Shown: one piece after another, positions 1 through 13,800 of the stretch
Position numbering within the stretch: the first letter of the stretch is position 1
Layout of the letters: the number at the start of each line of letters is the position of its first letter
Source: Pseudomonadota bacterium
GTDB lineage: Bacteria > Pseudomonadota > Gammaproteobacteria > JAKAQQ01
Assembly: GCA_027320085.1 (NCBI GenBank)
Contig: DAHVLZ010000010.1
Location: 1 to 64,000, forward strand
Length of the DNA: 64,000 nucleotides
Direction of reading: 5' to 3'
Program-made: the position numbers and the translations under genes
Notes under the pieces: model-generated
What the model was told of the DNA's origin: nothing
Database searches by the model: none
The model's input: only the letters and a program-made list of their open reading frames with translations

Positions 1-2
1 AA

Positions 3-95
3 TGGCGGAGAGAGAGGGATTCGAACCCTCGAAGGGCTTAAAGCACCCTTACTCCCTTAGCAGGGGAGCGCTTTCGACCACTCAGCCATCTCTCC
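3..95 (-). tRNA. tRNA-Ser (GCT)
   Basis: Reverse complement GGAGAGATGGCTGAGTGGTCGAAAGC..CTGCTAA..GGTTCGAATCCCTCTCTCTCCGCCA: long variable arm, T-loop, encoded CCA; follows csrA as is typical. Confidence 0.97.
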
Positions 96-104
96 GAAAC
101 CCGA

Positions 105-383
105 TCAGTCTTCCTGTCGCTCGTCGTATTCCTCATCATCGGCCGGTTCCTGGTTGAAATTACCGCCGCGGCCTGATGCGACCTGACCCATCGAGAGTGC
201 CGTGAGCCCCTGCTGGGCCCGTTCCCTCTGGATCCGGACATAGATTTCCTCGCGATGGACGGCAATTTCCTTGGGTGCACTGACTCCGACCCGGACTTGG
301 TTCCCCTTGACTCCAAGGATGGTCACCGTCACATCATCACCGATCATGACCGTCTCGCCGACTCGCCTCGTTAGAATAAGCAT
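105..383 (-). CDS. csrA: carbon storage regulator CsrA with acidic C-terminal extension
   Basis: [48 protein letters not shown]; GAAGGAG RBS. Confidence 0.97.
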   Translation of the reverse strand: MLILTRRVGETVMIGDDVTVTILGVKGNQVRVGVSAPKEIAVHREEIYVRIQRERAQQGLTALSMGQVASGRGGNFNQEPADDEEYDERQED

Positions 384-498
384 GAATGAACTCCTTCAAC
401 CTCTTTAAAAAATAACAACTTACAGATGGCTCCACTCCGGCTGGAAAATTTCAAGAATTCGCTGGCAGGGAGACCCAATGACCCAAAGGTCTCGTCAT

Positions 499-527
499 AT
501 TATGCGCCCTTTGTCCGGGACTGTCAT
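499..527 (-). promoter_or_regulatory. probable sigma70 promoter of csrA
   Basis: Minus strand ATGACA-17 nt-CATAAT, ~115 nt upstream of the csrA start. Confidence 0.55.
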
Positions 528-679
528 CCCGCAAGACAGAAAAAGCATGAATCCATGAATATCCATGGCGTTTGACGGCTCCTGGGTCTAGTCCCGAAGG
601 ATCTGACCCTGAATCCATCCTGATGGCGGGCATCATGGCAGCTAAAATGCTCATATCCCGACCCCTGCAGAGAAAGCCC

Positions 680-3476
<2,797 letters not shown>

Positions 3477-5591
3477 GGAGCAGGATCGGGTTGTTGCATC
3501 CCTGGTCGTACTGCATCTGGGCGGCGAACTTGTAGGAATTGCTCGGCACGACCCGGTCGTCGTCGGTCGAAGTCGTGATGATCGTGGGCGGATAGCAGAC
3601 CCCTTTCTTCAGGTTCTGGAGGGGGGAGTAGGCGTACAGCCAGCGGAAGTCCTTCTTTTGGGAGGAGGTGCCGTACTCCGGGATCCAGTACTCCCCGCCC
3701 GAGAACTTCTGGAAGCGCAGCATGTCGAGCACGCCGTGTCCGATGTAGACCGCACCGAAGAGATGCGGATTTTGGGTCACGCTGGCACCGGTCAAAAGTC
3801 CACCGTTCGAGTAGCCCATGATGCCCAAGTGGGGCGTATCCGTGAAATGGTTCCGGATCAGCCAACGGGCCGCATTGGCGAAATCATTGAAGACATTCTG
3901 CTTGTTGCCGAGCATGCCGGCTTCATGCCAGGCCTGGCCGTAGACGCCGCCGCCCCGCAGGTTAGCCATGGCGTAGATTCCACCCATGCGGATCCAGGTG
4001 GCCACGGACGGGCTGAAATGCGGTGTCAGCGTGATATCGAAGCCCCCATAGCCATAAAGGATCGTGGGCGTATGGCCATCGAGCCGGATTCCCTTCCGGT
4101 AAACAAGGAACATGGGGACTTTGACTCCGCCCGTGGACGGATAGAAGATCTGGCTCACCACATAATGAGCCGGGTCGAAGCGGACGCGGGGCTTGAAAAA
4201 GACGGAGGCTCGCGCTTCGGGCACGTTGAAACGGGCGATCTCCCCCGGACGGAGAAAGGAGGTGAACGCATAGTAGACGTCCGGCGAATGGGCGCGGGCC
4301 GAGATCCCGCCCACCGTGCCCATCGCATCCGGCAACGGAATGGCCCGGACCCAGAACCCGTGGAGGTTGTAGAGGGCAAGGCGGCTTTTGGCCACGACCA
4401 TGCGATGGATGAGGAGACGCCCGTCGGCCAGGTGGGCCGAGACCAGAACCGAGCGCGCCTCATCCGGGATGACGGTCCGCCAGTGCGCCGGGGCAGGCTG
4501 CTTGAGGTTGACGGCAATGACCCGGCCCATCGGCGCATCCTGGTCGGTCTGGACAAAAACCGTCCCGCCGCGGGTGCCGACCGGGGTATAGGAGGCATCA
4601 TCCTTCACAAAGAGGGGATGCACCGGCGCCAGGAGATTGGGCTTCATCGGATTGCCCAGATTCATGTAATACAGTTCGTTCCGGGTGATGCGGAACTGGA
4701 AGTCGATGAAAAGATAGCGGCCGTTTTCGGAAACCGAGCCGTCGATGATCCAGTCCGGGTGGCCGGGACGGGCATAAATGACCTGATCGTCGGACTGGGG
4801 TTTCCGGATCCAGTGGTAGTAGAGCGTCTGGTCCCGCAGGCGCACGCTGATGGCGCGGCCGGGCGGCGGTTTCGGATAGCGGGAATAGAAGAAACCCCCG
4901 CTGTTCCGTGTCCAGCTCAGGCCGGAAAACTTGACCCAGCGCACGACATCCGGGAGATTCCGGCCGGTCTTGACGTCCATGACATGAACCGTCTCCCAGT
5001 CCGACCCACCGACCGAAAGCGCGTAGGCCAGATAATGCCCGTTGGGCGAGGGACTCCAGCCGGCGAGTGCGATGTCGCCGTTGGGTGAGAGCCGGTTGGG
5101 ATCGAGAACGAGACGGGGTTTACCCTTGGGGCCATGTTGGACATAGACCGAAGCCTGGTTCTCAAGGCCCGAGTTCTGGTCGAAAAAGAGCCAGGGCCCG
5201 CGCTGGATCGGCGGGGTTTCCTTGGCATAGTTCCAGAGCGCCCGGAGATGCCGGTCGAAAACCCGCCTCAGGGGAAGCTTTCCGAGATAAGCATCGGTGA
5301 GCCGGTTCTCGGCCGCAATCCAGCGGGTGAGGCGCGGACTCGACAGATTCTCCATCCACCGGTAAGGAGCCGGAACACGGGTACCGAAGTAATTCGCGAC
5401 CAGCCGGTCCCTGTGGGCCTTGGGATAGACGAGCGGATGGGCCAGGAGGAGGGGCGCGGCGAGCCCTCCGCAAGCGCAGAGAACGAGCAACCTGGATGGC
5501 AGACTCCGGAAGCGACTCATGGTGATTTTCTCATCGGGGATGTTTTCAATATAGCACGCCCCCGGGCGGGCTCGATCCAGGCCCGCAGGGC

Positions 5592-6149
5592 CTAGTCGAA
5601 GAGTTCCGCCTGGGCCAGAAGCGGGGCCAGCCGGTCTTTTTCGGAAAGCCGGGGCAGGCCCGACGGGCAGGCGGCAACGGGCCAGGCAATCCCGAGCCCG
5701 GGATCGTTCCAGCGGAGGCTCCGGTCGGAGGCCGGGTCCCAGTATTCGGTGGTCTTGTAACAGACATCCGCCGCCTCGCTCAGGACGAGAAAGCCGTGGG
5801 CGAATCCCGGCGGGATCCAGAGCTGGCGTTCCGTCTCCGCCCCGAGCTCGAAGGCGACCCAGTGCCCGAACCGGGGTGAATGCCGCCTGAGATCGACGGC
5901 CACGTCAAAGACCCGTCCGGACATCACGCGGACGAGCTTGCCCTGCGGATGGACGAGCTGGTAGTGGAGGCCCCGGAGCGTTCCTCCGGCCGAGTGCGAG
6001 TGATTGTCCTGGACGAACTCGAGATCGAGACCCGTGGCCCGGGCGAAATCCCGCCGGTTGTAGCTTTCGCAAAAGAAGCCGCGGGCATCGCCGTGACGGT
6101 CGGCCTCGATGAGGAGGACCTCGGGGAGCCTCGTCGGATGCGCCCGCAT
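5592..6149 (-). CDS. rfbC: dTDP-4-dehydrorhamnose 3,5-epimerase
   Basis: DARGFF, FVQDNHS, LRGLHYQ, GFAHGF. Confidence 0.95.
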   Translation of the reverse strand: MRAHPTRLPEVLLIEADRHGDARGFFCESYNRRDFARATGLDLEFVQDNHSHSAGGTLRGLHYQLVHPQGKLVRVMSGRVFDVAVDLRRHSPRFGHWVAFELGAETERQLWIPPGFAHGFLVLSEAADVCYKTTEYWDPASDRSLRWNDPGLGIAWPVAACPSGLPRLSEKDRLAPLLAQAELFD

Positions 6150-6151
6150 GA

Positions 6152-7234
6152 TCAGGATCCGGCGGGTGCGGACCGGCCCGCCGGGCCGTAGTGCAGGCGG
6201 ATCCAGTCCCGGTAGGCGCCGTTCACGACGTGCGTCACCCACTCGGGATGATCGAGGTACCAGCGCAGCGTTTTTTCGATCCCGCTTTCGAAGGACTCCC
6301 GGGGCTCCCACCCGAGTTCACGGCGGATTTTTCCGTTATCGATGGCGTAGCGCCGATCGTGCCCGGGCCGGTCGGGCACCCGGACGATGCCTTGGGCGTG
6401 GCTGCCCCCGGGACGGGGGCGCCATCGGTCGAGGATCCGGCAGATCAACTCCACGACTTCGCGGTTCGTCCGTTCGCCGCCCCCCCCGACGTTGTAGGTC
6501 TCCCCCTCCCGGCCCGTCTCGAGGATGCGGACCAGGGCCCGGCAATGGTCCTCGACATAAAGCCAGTCGCGGATCTGTTCCCCATCTCCGTACAGGGGGA
6601 GCGGGGAGCCCTCGAGTGCGTGGTGGATGACCAGCGGAATCAGCTTTTCCGGAAACTGGTAAGGCCCGTAGTTGTTCGAACAGTGGCTCACGAGGACCGG
6701 CAGCCCATAGGTCCGGCCATAGGCCCGGACCCAATGGTCGCTCGCCGCCTTGCTGGCCGCATAGGGGCTGTTCGGTGCCAGGGGAGAATCCTCGGTGAAG
6801 GCGGGTGCACCGGCGGAGAGCGAACCGTAGACCTCGTCGGTCGAGACATGGAGAAGGCGGAAGGCCGCCTGCTCCGGGGCCGGACGTCGGTCCCAGTCGG
6901 CCCGGATGGCCTCCAAGAGATTGAAGGTGCCCATGACATTGGCCCGAAGAAAGGCATCCGGTCCCCGGATCGAGCGGTCGACGTGGGTCTCGGCGGCAAA
7001 GTGGACAACCGCCCGCGGCCGATGCCGGGATAAAAGCGGATCCAGAAGGGCCCGGTCGTTGAGATCGCCCTTGACGAACTGGAGGCGCGGGTCCGAGGCG
7101 CGGGAGGCCAGGTTTTCGGGATTGCCGGCATAGGTCAGGGCATCGAACACGACCACGGGCTCGTCCGTCTGGTCGAGCCAGTGATGGACGAAGTTGCTGC
7201 CGATGAACCCGGCCCCCCCGGTCACAAAAATCAA
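6152..7234 (-). CDS. rfbB: dTDP-glucose 4,6-dehydratase
   Basis: GGAGFIG, HVDRSI, STDEVYG, YAASK, DRPGHDRRY. Confidence 0.96.
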   Translation of the reverse strand: MIFVTGGAGFIGSNFVHHWLDQTDEPVVVFDALTYAGNPENLASRASDPRLQFVKGDLNDRALLDPLLSRHRPRAVVHFAAETHVDRSIRGPDAFLRANVMGTFNLLEAIRADWDRRPAPEQAAFRLLHVSTDEVYGSLSAGAPAFTEDSPLAPNSPYAASKAASDHWVRAYGRTYGLPVLVSHCSNNYGPYQFPEKLIPLVIHHALEGSPLPLYGDGEQIRDWLYVEDHCRALVRILETGREGETYNVGGGGERTNREVVELICRILDRWRPRPGGSHAQGIVRVPDRPGHDRRYAIDNGKIRRELGWEPRESFESGIEKTLRWYLDHPEWVTHVVNGAYRDWIRLHYGPAGRSAPAGS

Positions 7235-7297
7235 CGGCTCACCCTCCCCCCTGCTTGCCTGAGTGTAGCCTAACGGGCCCCCGAACCCGAGACGGGC

Positions 7298-7906
7298 TCA
7301 GACCTCCTCGGAGGCCGGGACGGGTTGAGGCCCGACGATTGCGTGGCGTGAGACCTTGCGGTAAACCCAGACGCCCACCCACCCGAAGCCATATCCGATC
7401 AGCCCGCCGCAGATCACGTCCAGGGGGAAATGTTCGCCGTTGTAGACCCGAGAGAAGGCCACGAGGGTCGCGAGCGTGTAGAAGACAGCCCGTCGCCGGG
7501 GATACAGGAAGGACAGGGCAACGGCCAGCGCAAAGGCGGTCTCGGAGTGCCCCGACGGAAACGAGTAGGCCGTGAGGTGCCGGCCCAGGACCACGACATG
7601 CACCCGGCCCTCCTCGATCAGCCGGTGAAGTGCCACGATCGGCCGCGGGCGGTCGACCAGGCGCTTGAGGACATCCACCACGGCACCCGGGATGGCCTGG
7701 GTCAGGAAAAGCAGGAGGAAGGATTCGCGGAAGGGACGGGGATCCCAGCGGTAGAGGTAGACGACCGCGATCCAGTAGACCACCCACCCGTTGCCGAGGA
7801 AGGTGAGGGCCCGCATGTTGTCGTTCAGGGCGGAAAAATGGAAGTGATTGTTGATGAAAAGGAAAAGCGCGGTGTCCGCGTGGACCAGACTCGAGAGAAT
7901 TGCCAT
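7298..7906 (-). CDS. PAP2 family phosphatase (undecaprenyl-PP phosphatase-like)
   Basis: KxxxxRPRP, SFPSGH, SRVYNGEHFPLD; membrane helices. Confidence 0.9.
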   Translation of the reverse strand: MAILSSLVHADTALFLFINNHFHFSALNDNMRALTFLGNGWVVYWIAVVYLYRWDPRPFRESFLLLFLTQAIPGAVVDVLKRLVDRPRPIVALHRLIEEGRVHVVVLGRHLTAYSFPSGHSETAFALAVALSFLYPRRRAVFYTLATLVAFSRVYNGEHFPLDVICGGLIGYGFGWVGVWVYRKVSRHAIVGPQPVPASEEV

Positions 7907-8029
7907 GGCGATCGACCGGGTTCTCTCGGGCGGAAAGTGACCCTATGGTATCGGACTCCCCCCCTAAAATCAAAGGGGAATCCGCCCCCGGCGCCTCCGG
8001 GTCGGGGAAGGCGATCGAATCGGGCGCGA

Positions 8030-8632
8030 TCAAAAGATCCTGGGCACAAGCGCCCAGGAATGCTTCTGGTATTGCTGGTACTCGTCCCCGAACTGCGCCC
8101 CCATCCACCGCTCTTCCCGGCCCAGCTTGACGATGAGCGAACCCCCGACCAGGAGCAGGGACAAAAGGCCCCGCCACTGGCCTTGGGCCAAAGCCGTGCC
8201 GGCAAACGCGACGATTATCCCGGTATAGATCGGGTGGCGGATTACGCGGTAAGGTCCCTCGCGGACAAGCGAGTGGCCCTCCTTGAGGGTGACCGTGCCA
8301 CTCCAGTTGCCCCCCAGGTAGCGCCGGGCATAGATGGAAAAACCAAGCCCCGCGACCGTGATCCCGAGTCCGAGCCAGGCGAGGATGGCCGCGGGGGGGA
8401 CGAAACGCATGAAGAGCAGGCCGGACGTCCCCTTCACCTCCGGTAACCAGAACAGCCCAACCGCAATGGCCAGCGGGAGGGTGTGGCCCAGCCTCTCCAG
8501 GCCGGACTCCCTCCGCGCCACCGGCTTGAGCCGTCCCCGTCCCGCCATGAGCCAGTAGAGCACCCAGGCCAGCCAGGCGAAATTGAACAACCAGGGCAAA
8601 ACCCGACCGGACATGGCAGACACCTCTTGCAT
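8030..8632 (-). CDS. isoprenylcysteine carboxyl methyltransferase family membrane protein
   Basis: LGGNWS, GPYRVIRHPIY, EERWM..FGDEY. Confidence 0.88.
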   Translation of the reverse strand: MQEVSAMSGRVLPWLFNFAWLAWVLYWLMAGRGRLKPVARRESGLERLGHTLPLAIAVGLFWLPEVKGTSGLLFMRFVPPAAILAWLGLGITVAGLGFSIYARRYLGGNWSGTVTLKEGHSLVREGPYRVIRHPIYTGIIVAFAGTALAQGQWRGLLSLLLVGGSLIVKLGREERWMGAQFGDEYQQYQKHSWALVPRIF

Positions 8633-8741
8633 GGGATCCCGGATCTTTGCGTTTCTTGATATTAATCTTGATGGAAAGAATAACCGAAAACTGCGGACCA
8701 GGGTGCCATGATGACCCATCCCGCCACTCGCCGGAAGTCCA

Positions 8742-9989
8742 TTACGGGGGGGGCCGCCTGCCTTCGATCGCGTCCGCGACCCGTTCGGCCGCACCGGCTG
8801 CGAGTGTCCAGCCGAGCGGTCCATGGCCGGTATTGAGAAAGACGCCCTGCACCCGGGTGGAACCGAGGAGCGGCAGGCCATCCGCCGTCATGGCCCGGAG
8901 ACAGGCCCAGTCCAGTGTCGACGGGGCCGAGGCCAGCCCAGGGAACCAGTCCATGGCCGTCTCGTGGAGGCGGGTCAGGTAGCGCGGTTCCAGCCGATCG
9001 TCGAAACCGGTGAACTCGGCCATGCCGGCCACACGCAGCCCCCCTCCGAGCGGGGTCAGGACGACCTTGCGACTGTGGTCGGCGAGTGCCGGACCGCGAA
9101 GCGCCAGTGGCGAGACCGGATAGGTCCGCGTGTAGCCCTTGACCGGACAGAGTCCAAGCCGGATGCCGAGCGGCCGGGCGAGGCGCAGGCTGTCCACACC
9201 GGCCGCGATCACCACCGCCCGCCCGGCCCATACCCCATCCCGGGTCCGGACCTGCACCGACCGACCTTGCGGCTCGACGGCCAGGACCGGGGTGTCCAGG
9301 TGGAGGAACGCCCCGTGGGATTCAATCCACCCGGCGAGCCGGCCGGCGGCCTCCCGGCAGTCCCCGAAGCGGTCGCGCGGATACCAGATGCCGCCCGCCG
9401 GCCGGACTTTCGCGGTGGCGAGTTCGGGCACGAAGGAGACCATCTCGCCCGAGGCGACCGGAACCGCCTGGATTCCGGCGGATTGCTCCCGTTCGAGCAA
9501 CCCCCGCGCCCGATCCCACTCCCGCGGATGCCGGTAGAGGTAGAGCACGCCCTGACCGGGCGCGAGCGGGGCGGCGGTTTCGGACTCGATCCTTTGCCAG
9601 ACGGCGACACTGAACTCGGTCAACGCGTGGAGCCGGCTTCTGGACTCGAGATAGCGGTTGAGACGGAGGTGGCCGCCCGCCGAGAGCAACCAGGACCAGC
9701 CCGCCAGTCCCATCGCGACGGGCTTCACGGACAACGGCCGGTGGCGGTCGAACAGCCAGTGCACGAGTTCCGGCAGGATCGTGGGCGAAACCCAGGGTGC
9801 CCCGCTGTCGGTCGACAGATGACCGCCATTGGCATGGGAGGCCCTTCCGGCAAAGTGGGGGCCGGACTCGAACAGCCGGACCGCATGCCCGCGCCGGCAG
9901 AGCGCATAAGCCTGGGCCAGTCCGACGATTCCGCCGCCGACCACGAGCACGGCATCGTCCGGGCCGGTGGCGGCCGGCAGATCCCTCAT
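8742..9989 (-). CDS. D-amino acid dehydrogenase-like FAD oxidoreductase
   Basis: GGGIVG, ASHANGG, PVKGY, NTGHGPLGWT. Confidence 0.88.
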   Translation of the reverse strand: MRDLPAATGPDDAVLVVGGGIVGLAQAYALCRRGHAVRLFESGPHFAGRASHANGGHLSTDSGAPWVSPTILPELVHWLFDRHRPLSVKPVAMGLAGWSWLLSAGGHLRLNRYLESRSRLHALTEFSVAVWQRIESETAAPLAPGQGVLYLYRHPREWDRARGLLEREQSAGIQAVPVASGEMVSFVPELATAKVRPAGGIWYPRDRFGDCREAAGRLAGWIESHGAFLHLDTPVLAVEPQGRSVQVRTRDGVWAGRAVVIAAGVDSLRLARPLGIRLGLCPVKGYTRTYPVSPLALRGPALADHSRKVVLTPLGGGLRVAGMAEFTGFDDRLEPRYLTRLHETAMDWFPGLASAPSTLDWACLRAMTADGLPLLGSTRVQGVFLNTGHGPLGWTLAAGAAERVADAIEGRRPPP

Positions 9990-10003
9990 GATTCAGGATT
10001 CCT

Positions 10004-10576
10004 TCAATAGACGAAGGGTAAAAGCCGGCGCGTCCTCAAACGGTAGTTTTCATAGGCTTGGCCGAAGTGGTCGATCAGGACTTTTTCCTCGCGGGAGATC
10101 CGGTAGGCGTAGGCCGGAATCACGAAGCCGATCAGGATGAAAAGACTCGCGTAGTTGGCGAGCACACAGGCCAGACCCAGGAGCAGCACGATCACCCCGA
10201 GATAGCTGGGATGGCGGATCCAGCGGTAAAACCCCCGCTCGACCAGACGGTGGTCGGGGAGAATCGAGACCGAGGTCATATGGAAGCGGCCCAGGGTCTT
10301 CATGGCACTCAGGCGGATGCCCATGCCGATCAGCATACAGAGGAGTCCCGAGATGGCCAGGGGATCATCATCCGGCATGCGACCGCGGCTGAAGCTCACC
10401 GCAGCACATAGGGCGAGGATGAGACCGACGGAGTTGGCAAGGATGAGGACGCGGCACGACCGGGGTTCGCAATGTCGGGCCCGGTCATGCGGTCTTTGGG
10501 CCAGAAGCCGCTGGTCGACCACAAACCAGACCGAGAGCAGGGCCAATCCCGCCACCTTGAAAGCCACATCGGTCAT
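10004..10576 (-). CDS. isoprenylcysteine carboxyl methyltransferase family membrane protein
   Basis: TLGRF, GFYRWIRHPSY, EEKVL..FGQAY. Confidence 0.87.
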   Translation of the reverse strand: MTDVAFKVAGLALLSVWFVVDQRLLAQRPHDRARHCEPRSCRVLILANSVGLILALCAAVSFSRGRMPDDDPLAISGLLCMLIGMGIRLSAMKTLGRFHMTSVSILPDHRLVERGFYRWIRHPSYLGVIVLLLGLACVLANYASLFILIGFVIPAYAYRISREEKVLIDHFGQAYENYRLRTRRLLPFVY

Positions 10577-10835
10577 ATACACACCATGCCACCCCATCGA
10601 TCACCGGGAATCCGGCGCCCAGAAACCCAACCGTCGGACCCTCTGATCCTAACACGGTCTCGCGCCGGGGGAAACCCTGCCCGACCGCAATCCTCCTCTT
10701 TTTCCTTGCGTGGCCCCAACGCCTGTGCTAGGCTCGAAAAAATCGCCTCCGGCGTCGCATGACGCCCCTCCCAGCTCCCCCTGTCGTTCCCACGGGCGGG
10801 TTCTGTTCCGCCTCCTTGCAGCCGAGGGCTCTTCC

Positions 10836-13800
10836 ATGCCGAAGTCTCATCCCGCCCGTTTCCCCCTCTGCGTGGTTTTCCTTCTCCTGGCCGCGGCGTC
10901 ATCCTCAGGGGCATCAGCCCACATCCGGCTCGCTCCCTCCCTCTACCGGGCCCTCCACTACCGGTTCATCGGGCCGGGCGAGGGACGCATCGCCGCCGTC
11001 CAGGGGATTCCGGGCAATCCCCGCATCTACTATCTCGGCACATCCTCGGGCGGCATCTGGAAAACCACGGACGGCGGCATCCACTGGAAACCGGTCTTCG
11101 ACCGCGAACCCGCCCAGTCCATCGGGGCCCTCGCCCTCGACCCGGGCCGTCCCCGGGTCGTGTGGGCCGGCACCGGCGAGACCTTCTATATCCGGCCGAC
11201 CACCGGCATCGGGGACGGCGTCTACCGTTCGGACAATGGCGGCCGCACCTGGAAGCACCTGGGCCTCTCCGGAACCGACCGCATCGCGCGCATCGTGGTC
11301 GATCCCACGGACCTCCGGCGGGTGTACGTGTGCGCCACCGGCAGCGGGTTCGGTCCCTCCAAGGACCGGGGGGTCTACCGGACGGACGACAACGGACGTC
11401 ACTGGACGCGGGTCCTCTTCGTCAATCCGATGACGGGCTGTTCGGACCTCGCGATCGATCCCCAAAACCCGCGCGTGCTTCTGGCCGGCCTGTGGCAGTT
11501 CGACGTCCACCCGTGGAACCTGGACAGCGGTGGGCCGGGCAGCGGGGTCTACCTCAGCCGCAACGGGGGGAAAACCTGGAAGCGGCTCGCCCATGACGGC
11601 CTGCCCAGGGGCCCGGTGGGGAAGGTGGCCGTGGCCATCTCCGGGAGCAACCCGCACATCTACTACACCCTCATGGAGGGAAAATGGGCTCCGGGCCTGT
11701 ACCGCTCCATCGATTCAGGGCGCCATTGGCGGCTCATGAGCCACAACCACGCCATGGACGAACGGGCCCCCTATTACACCCGCTTCGCCATCTCCCCCAC
11801 GAACCCGGACCGTCTCTACTTCGTCTCGACCAACTTCCTGACCTCGCGCACGGGAGGTCTCCACATGCACTACGAGCGGTGCGGGTGCGGCGACAACCAC
11901 GACATCTGGATCGATCCGAAAAACCCCAAGCGCATGGTCGTGACCTTTGACGAGGGCGCCACCATCACCCAGGATGGCTGGAAGCAGTGGCAGGAGATCG
12001 CACTCCCCAACGCCCAGCTCTACCACGTCGCCACGGACCGGGACATCCCCTTTCATGTCTTCGTCAACCGGCAGGACGGGCATGCCTACCGCCTGCCCTC
12101 GAACACGCGGACCCCGTATGGCGGCATCAGCCCCGGCTACTGGACCGGCCTCAACGGCTGCGAAAGCGGTTTCACCCTGCCGGAGAGGCACAACAACAAC
12201 ATCGTCTGGTCCGGCTGCTACGACGGCTGGATCGACCGCTTCAACATCCATCGCGGCGAGGGCCGGGCGGTGTCCGTCTTTCCGCTATCGGGCTACGGCT
12301 GGCCACCCGGGAAACTGCCGAACAGCTGGGACTTCGTCTTCCCGCTCGCGCTCTCCCCGCAGAACCCCCACGTCGTCTACGCCGGCAGCCAGTACGTCTA
12401 CCGGACCGACAACGGCGGCCAGAGCTGGCAGCGCATCAGCCCCAACCTGACGCTCAACATCAAGCGGGAGGAGGGCTCGACGGGGGGTGTGAGCCATGAC
12501 AACCTGGGCACCTTCGACGCCATGTCGCTCTCGATCATCGCCCCCTCGCCCCTCCGTCCCGGCATGATCTGGACCGGCGGCTATGACGGCCAGGTGCACC
12601 TCACGCTGAACGGCGGCCGGACCTGGATGAATGTCACCCCACACGGGCTCCCGCCCGGGGGCGACGTCACCAGCCTCTCGCCTTCCCGCCACGACCCGGA
12701 CCGGGCCTACCTCTCGGTCGACCGCCAGCTCATGGGCGACAGCCGGCCCTATATCTATGTCACCCGCGATGCCGGCCGCCACTGGCACCGGATCGTCCGG
12801 GGCATCCCGGTCAACCAATTCTCGATTGTCCACTGCGTGAAGGAGGACCCGCTCGATGCGAACGTCCTCTTTGCCGGAACGGACAACGCGCTCTACTGGA
12901 GCCCGAACCGCGGCCGTCGCTGGTATCCGCTCCAGAACAACCTGCCGCATGTCCCGGTCTACTGGGTCACGGTCCAGCCGGTCGCGAACGATCTCGTGGT
13001 CGCCACCTACGGCCGGGGTGCCTACATCCTCTCCGACCTCTCCTCGCTCACCCATCTCGCGCAAGCCCTCCGTGCCGGAGAACCCACCCTGTTTCCCCTC
13101 CGGACCGCCTGGCGTTTTCACCTGCTGGCCCGCAGGCGCTCGGCTCCGGACTACCCGGCCATGGGACGGAATCCGCCCTATGGCGCGGTTGTCGACTTCT
13201 ACCTTCCGCACCCGCCGACCCAACCCGCAAGCCTCGTCATCCGTGGACCGGGCGGGCGGCTCATCCGCACCTTCTCGAACCGGCCTGGCACCCGCCACGC
13301 CGACCGCCTGCCCGCGCTGCATGCCGGGATCAATCGTTTCGTCTGGGATCTGCGCTATGCCCCGGTCCGGCACCTCAGTGACTGTCCCGGCTCCGGCCGT
13401 TGCCCCGGCCGGGTCTTCCTGCCCCCGCCGCACGCCCCGTGGGTTCACGTGGGGCCCAAGGGGTTCCGGCCGATCGAGATCTTCGACCTGCGCCGCACGC
13501 TGAGCGGGCCGCTCGCAGTCCCGGGAACCGACACGGTCGAGCTCACGATCGGAAACCGGCACTGGACGCAGCCCCTCCGGGTCCGGAAGGATCCCAACTC
13601 GGCCGGCAACCTGGCGGACATCCGGGCCCAGGTCGCCCTCGCGCTCCAGATCCGCAACCGGATCAACGAGACCCTGTCCCTCATCACGGAGATCGAATGG
13701 ATGCGGCTCACGCTCGCCCATCTCGAATCCCGCCTCAAGGTGCTGGGCGGCCATTCCGGAACGCTCCGCGACGCCCGCGCGCTCGGGCGGGCCCTCCTGG

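Noticed and set aside
5592-7234. Novel sugar pathway from rfbB-rfbC lacking rfbA/rfbD
   Set aside because: Split rml genes are common; the missing ones probably lie elsewhere
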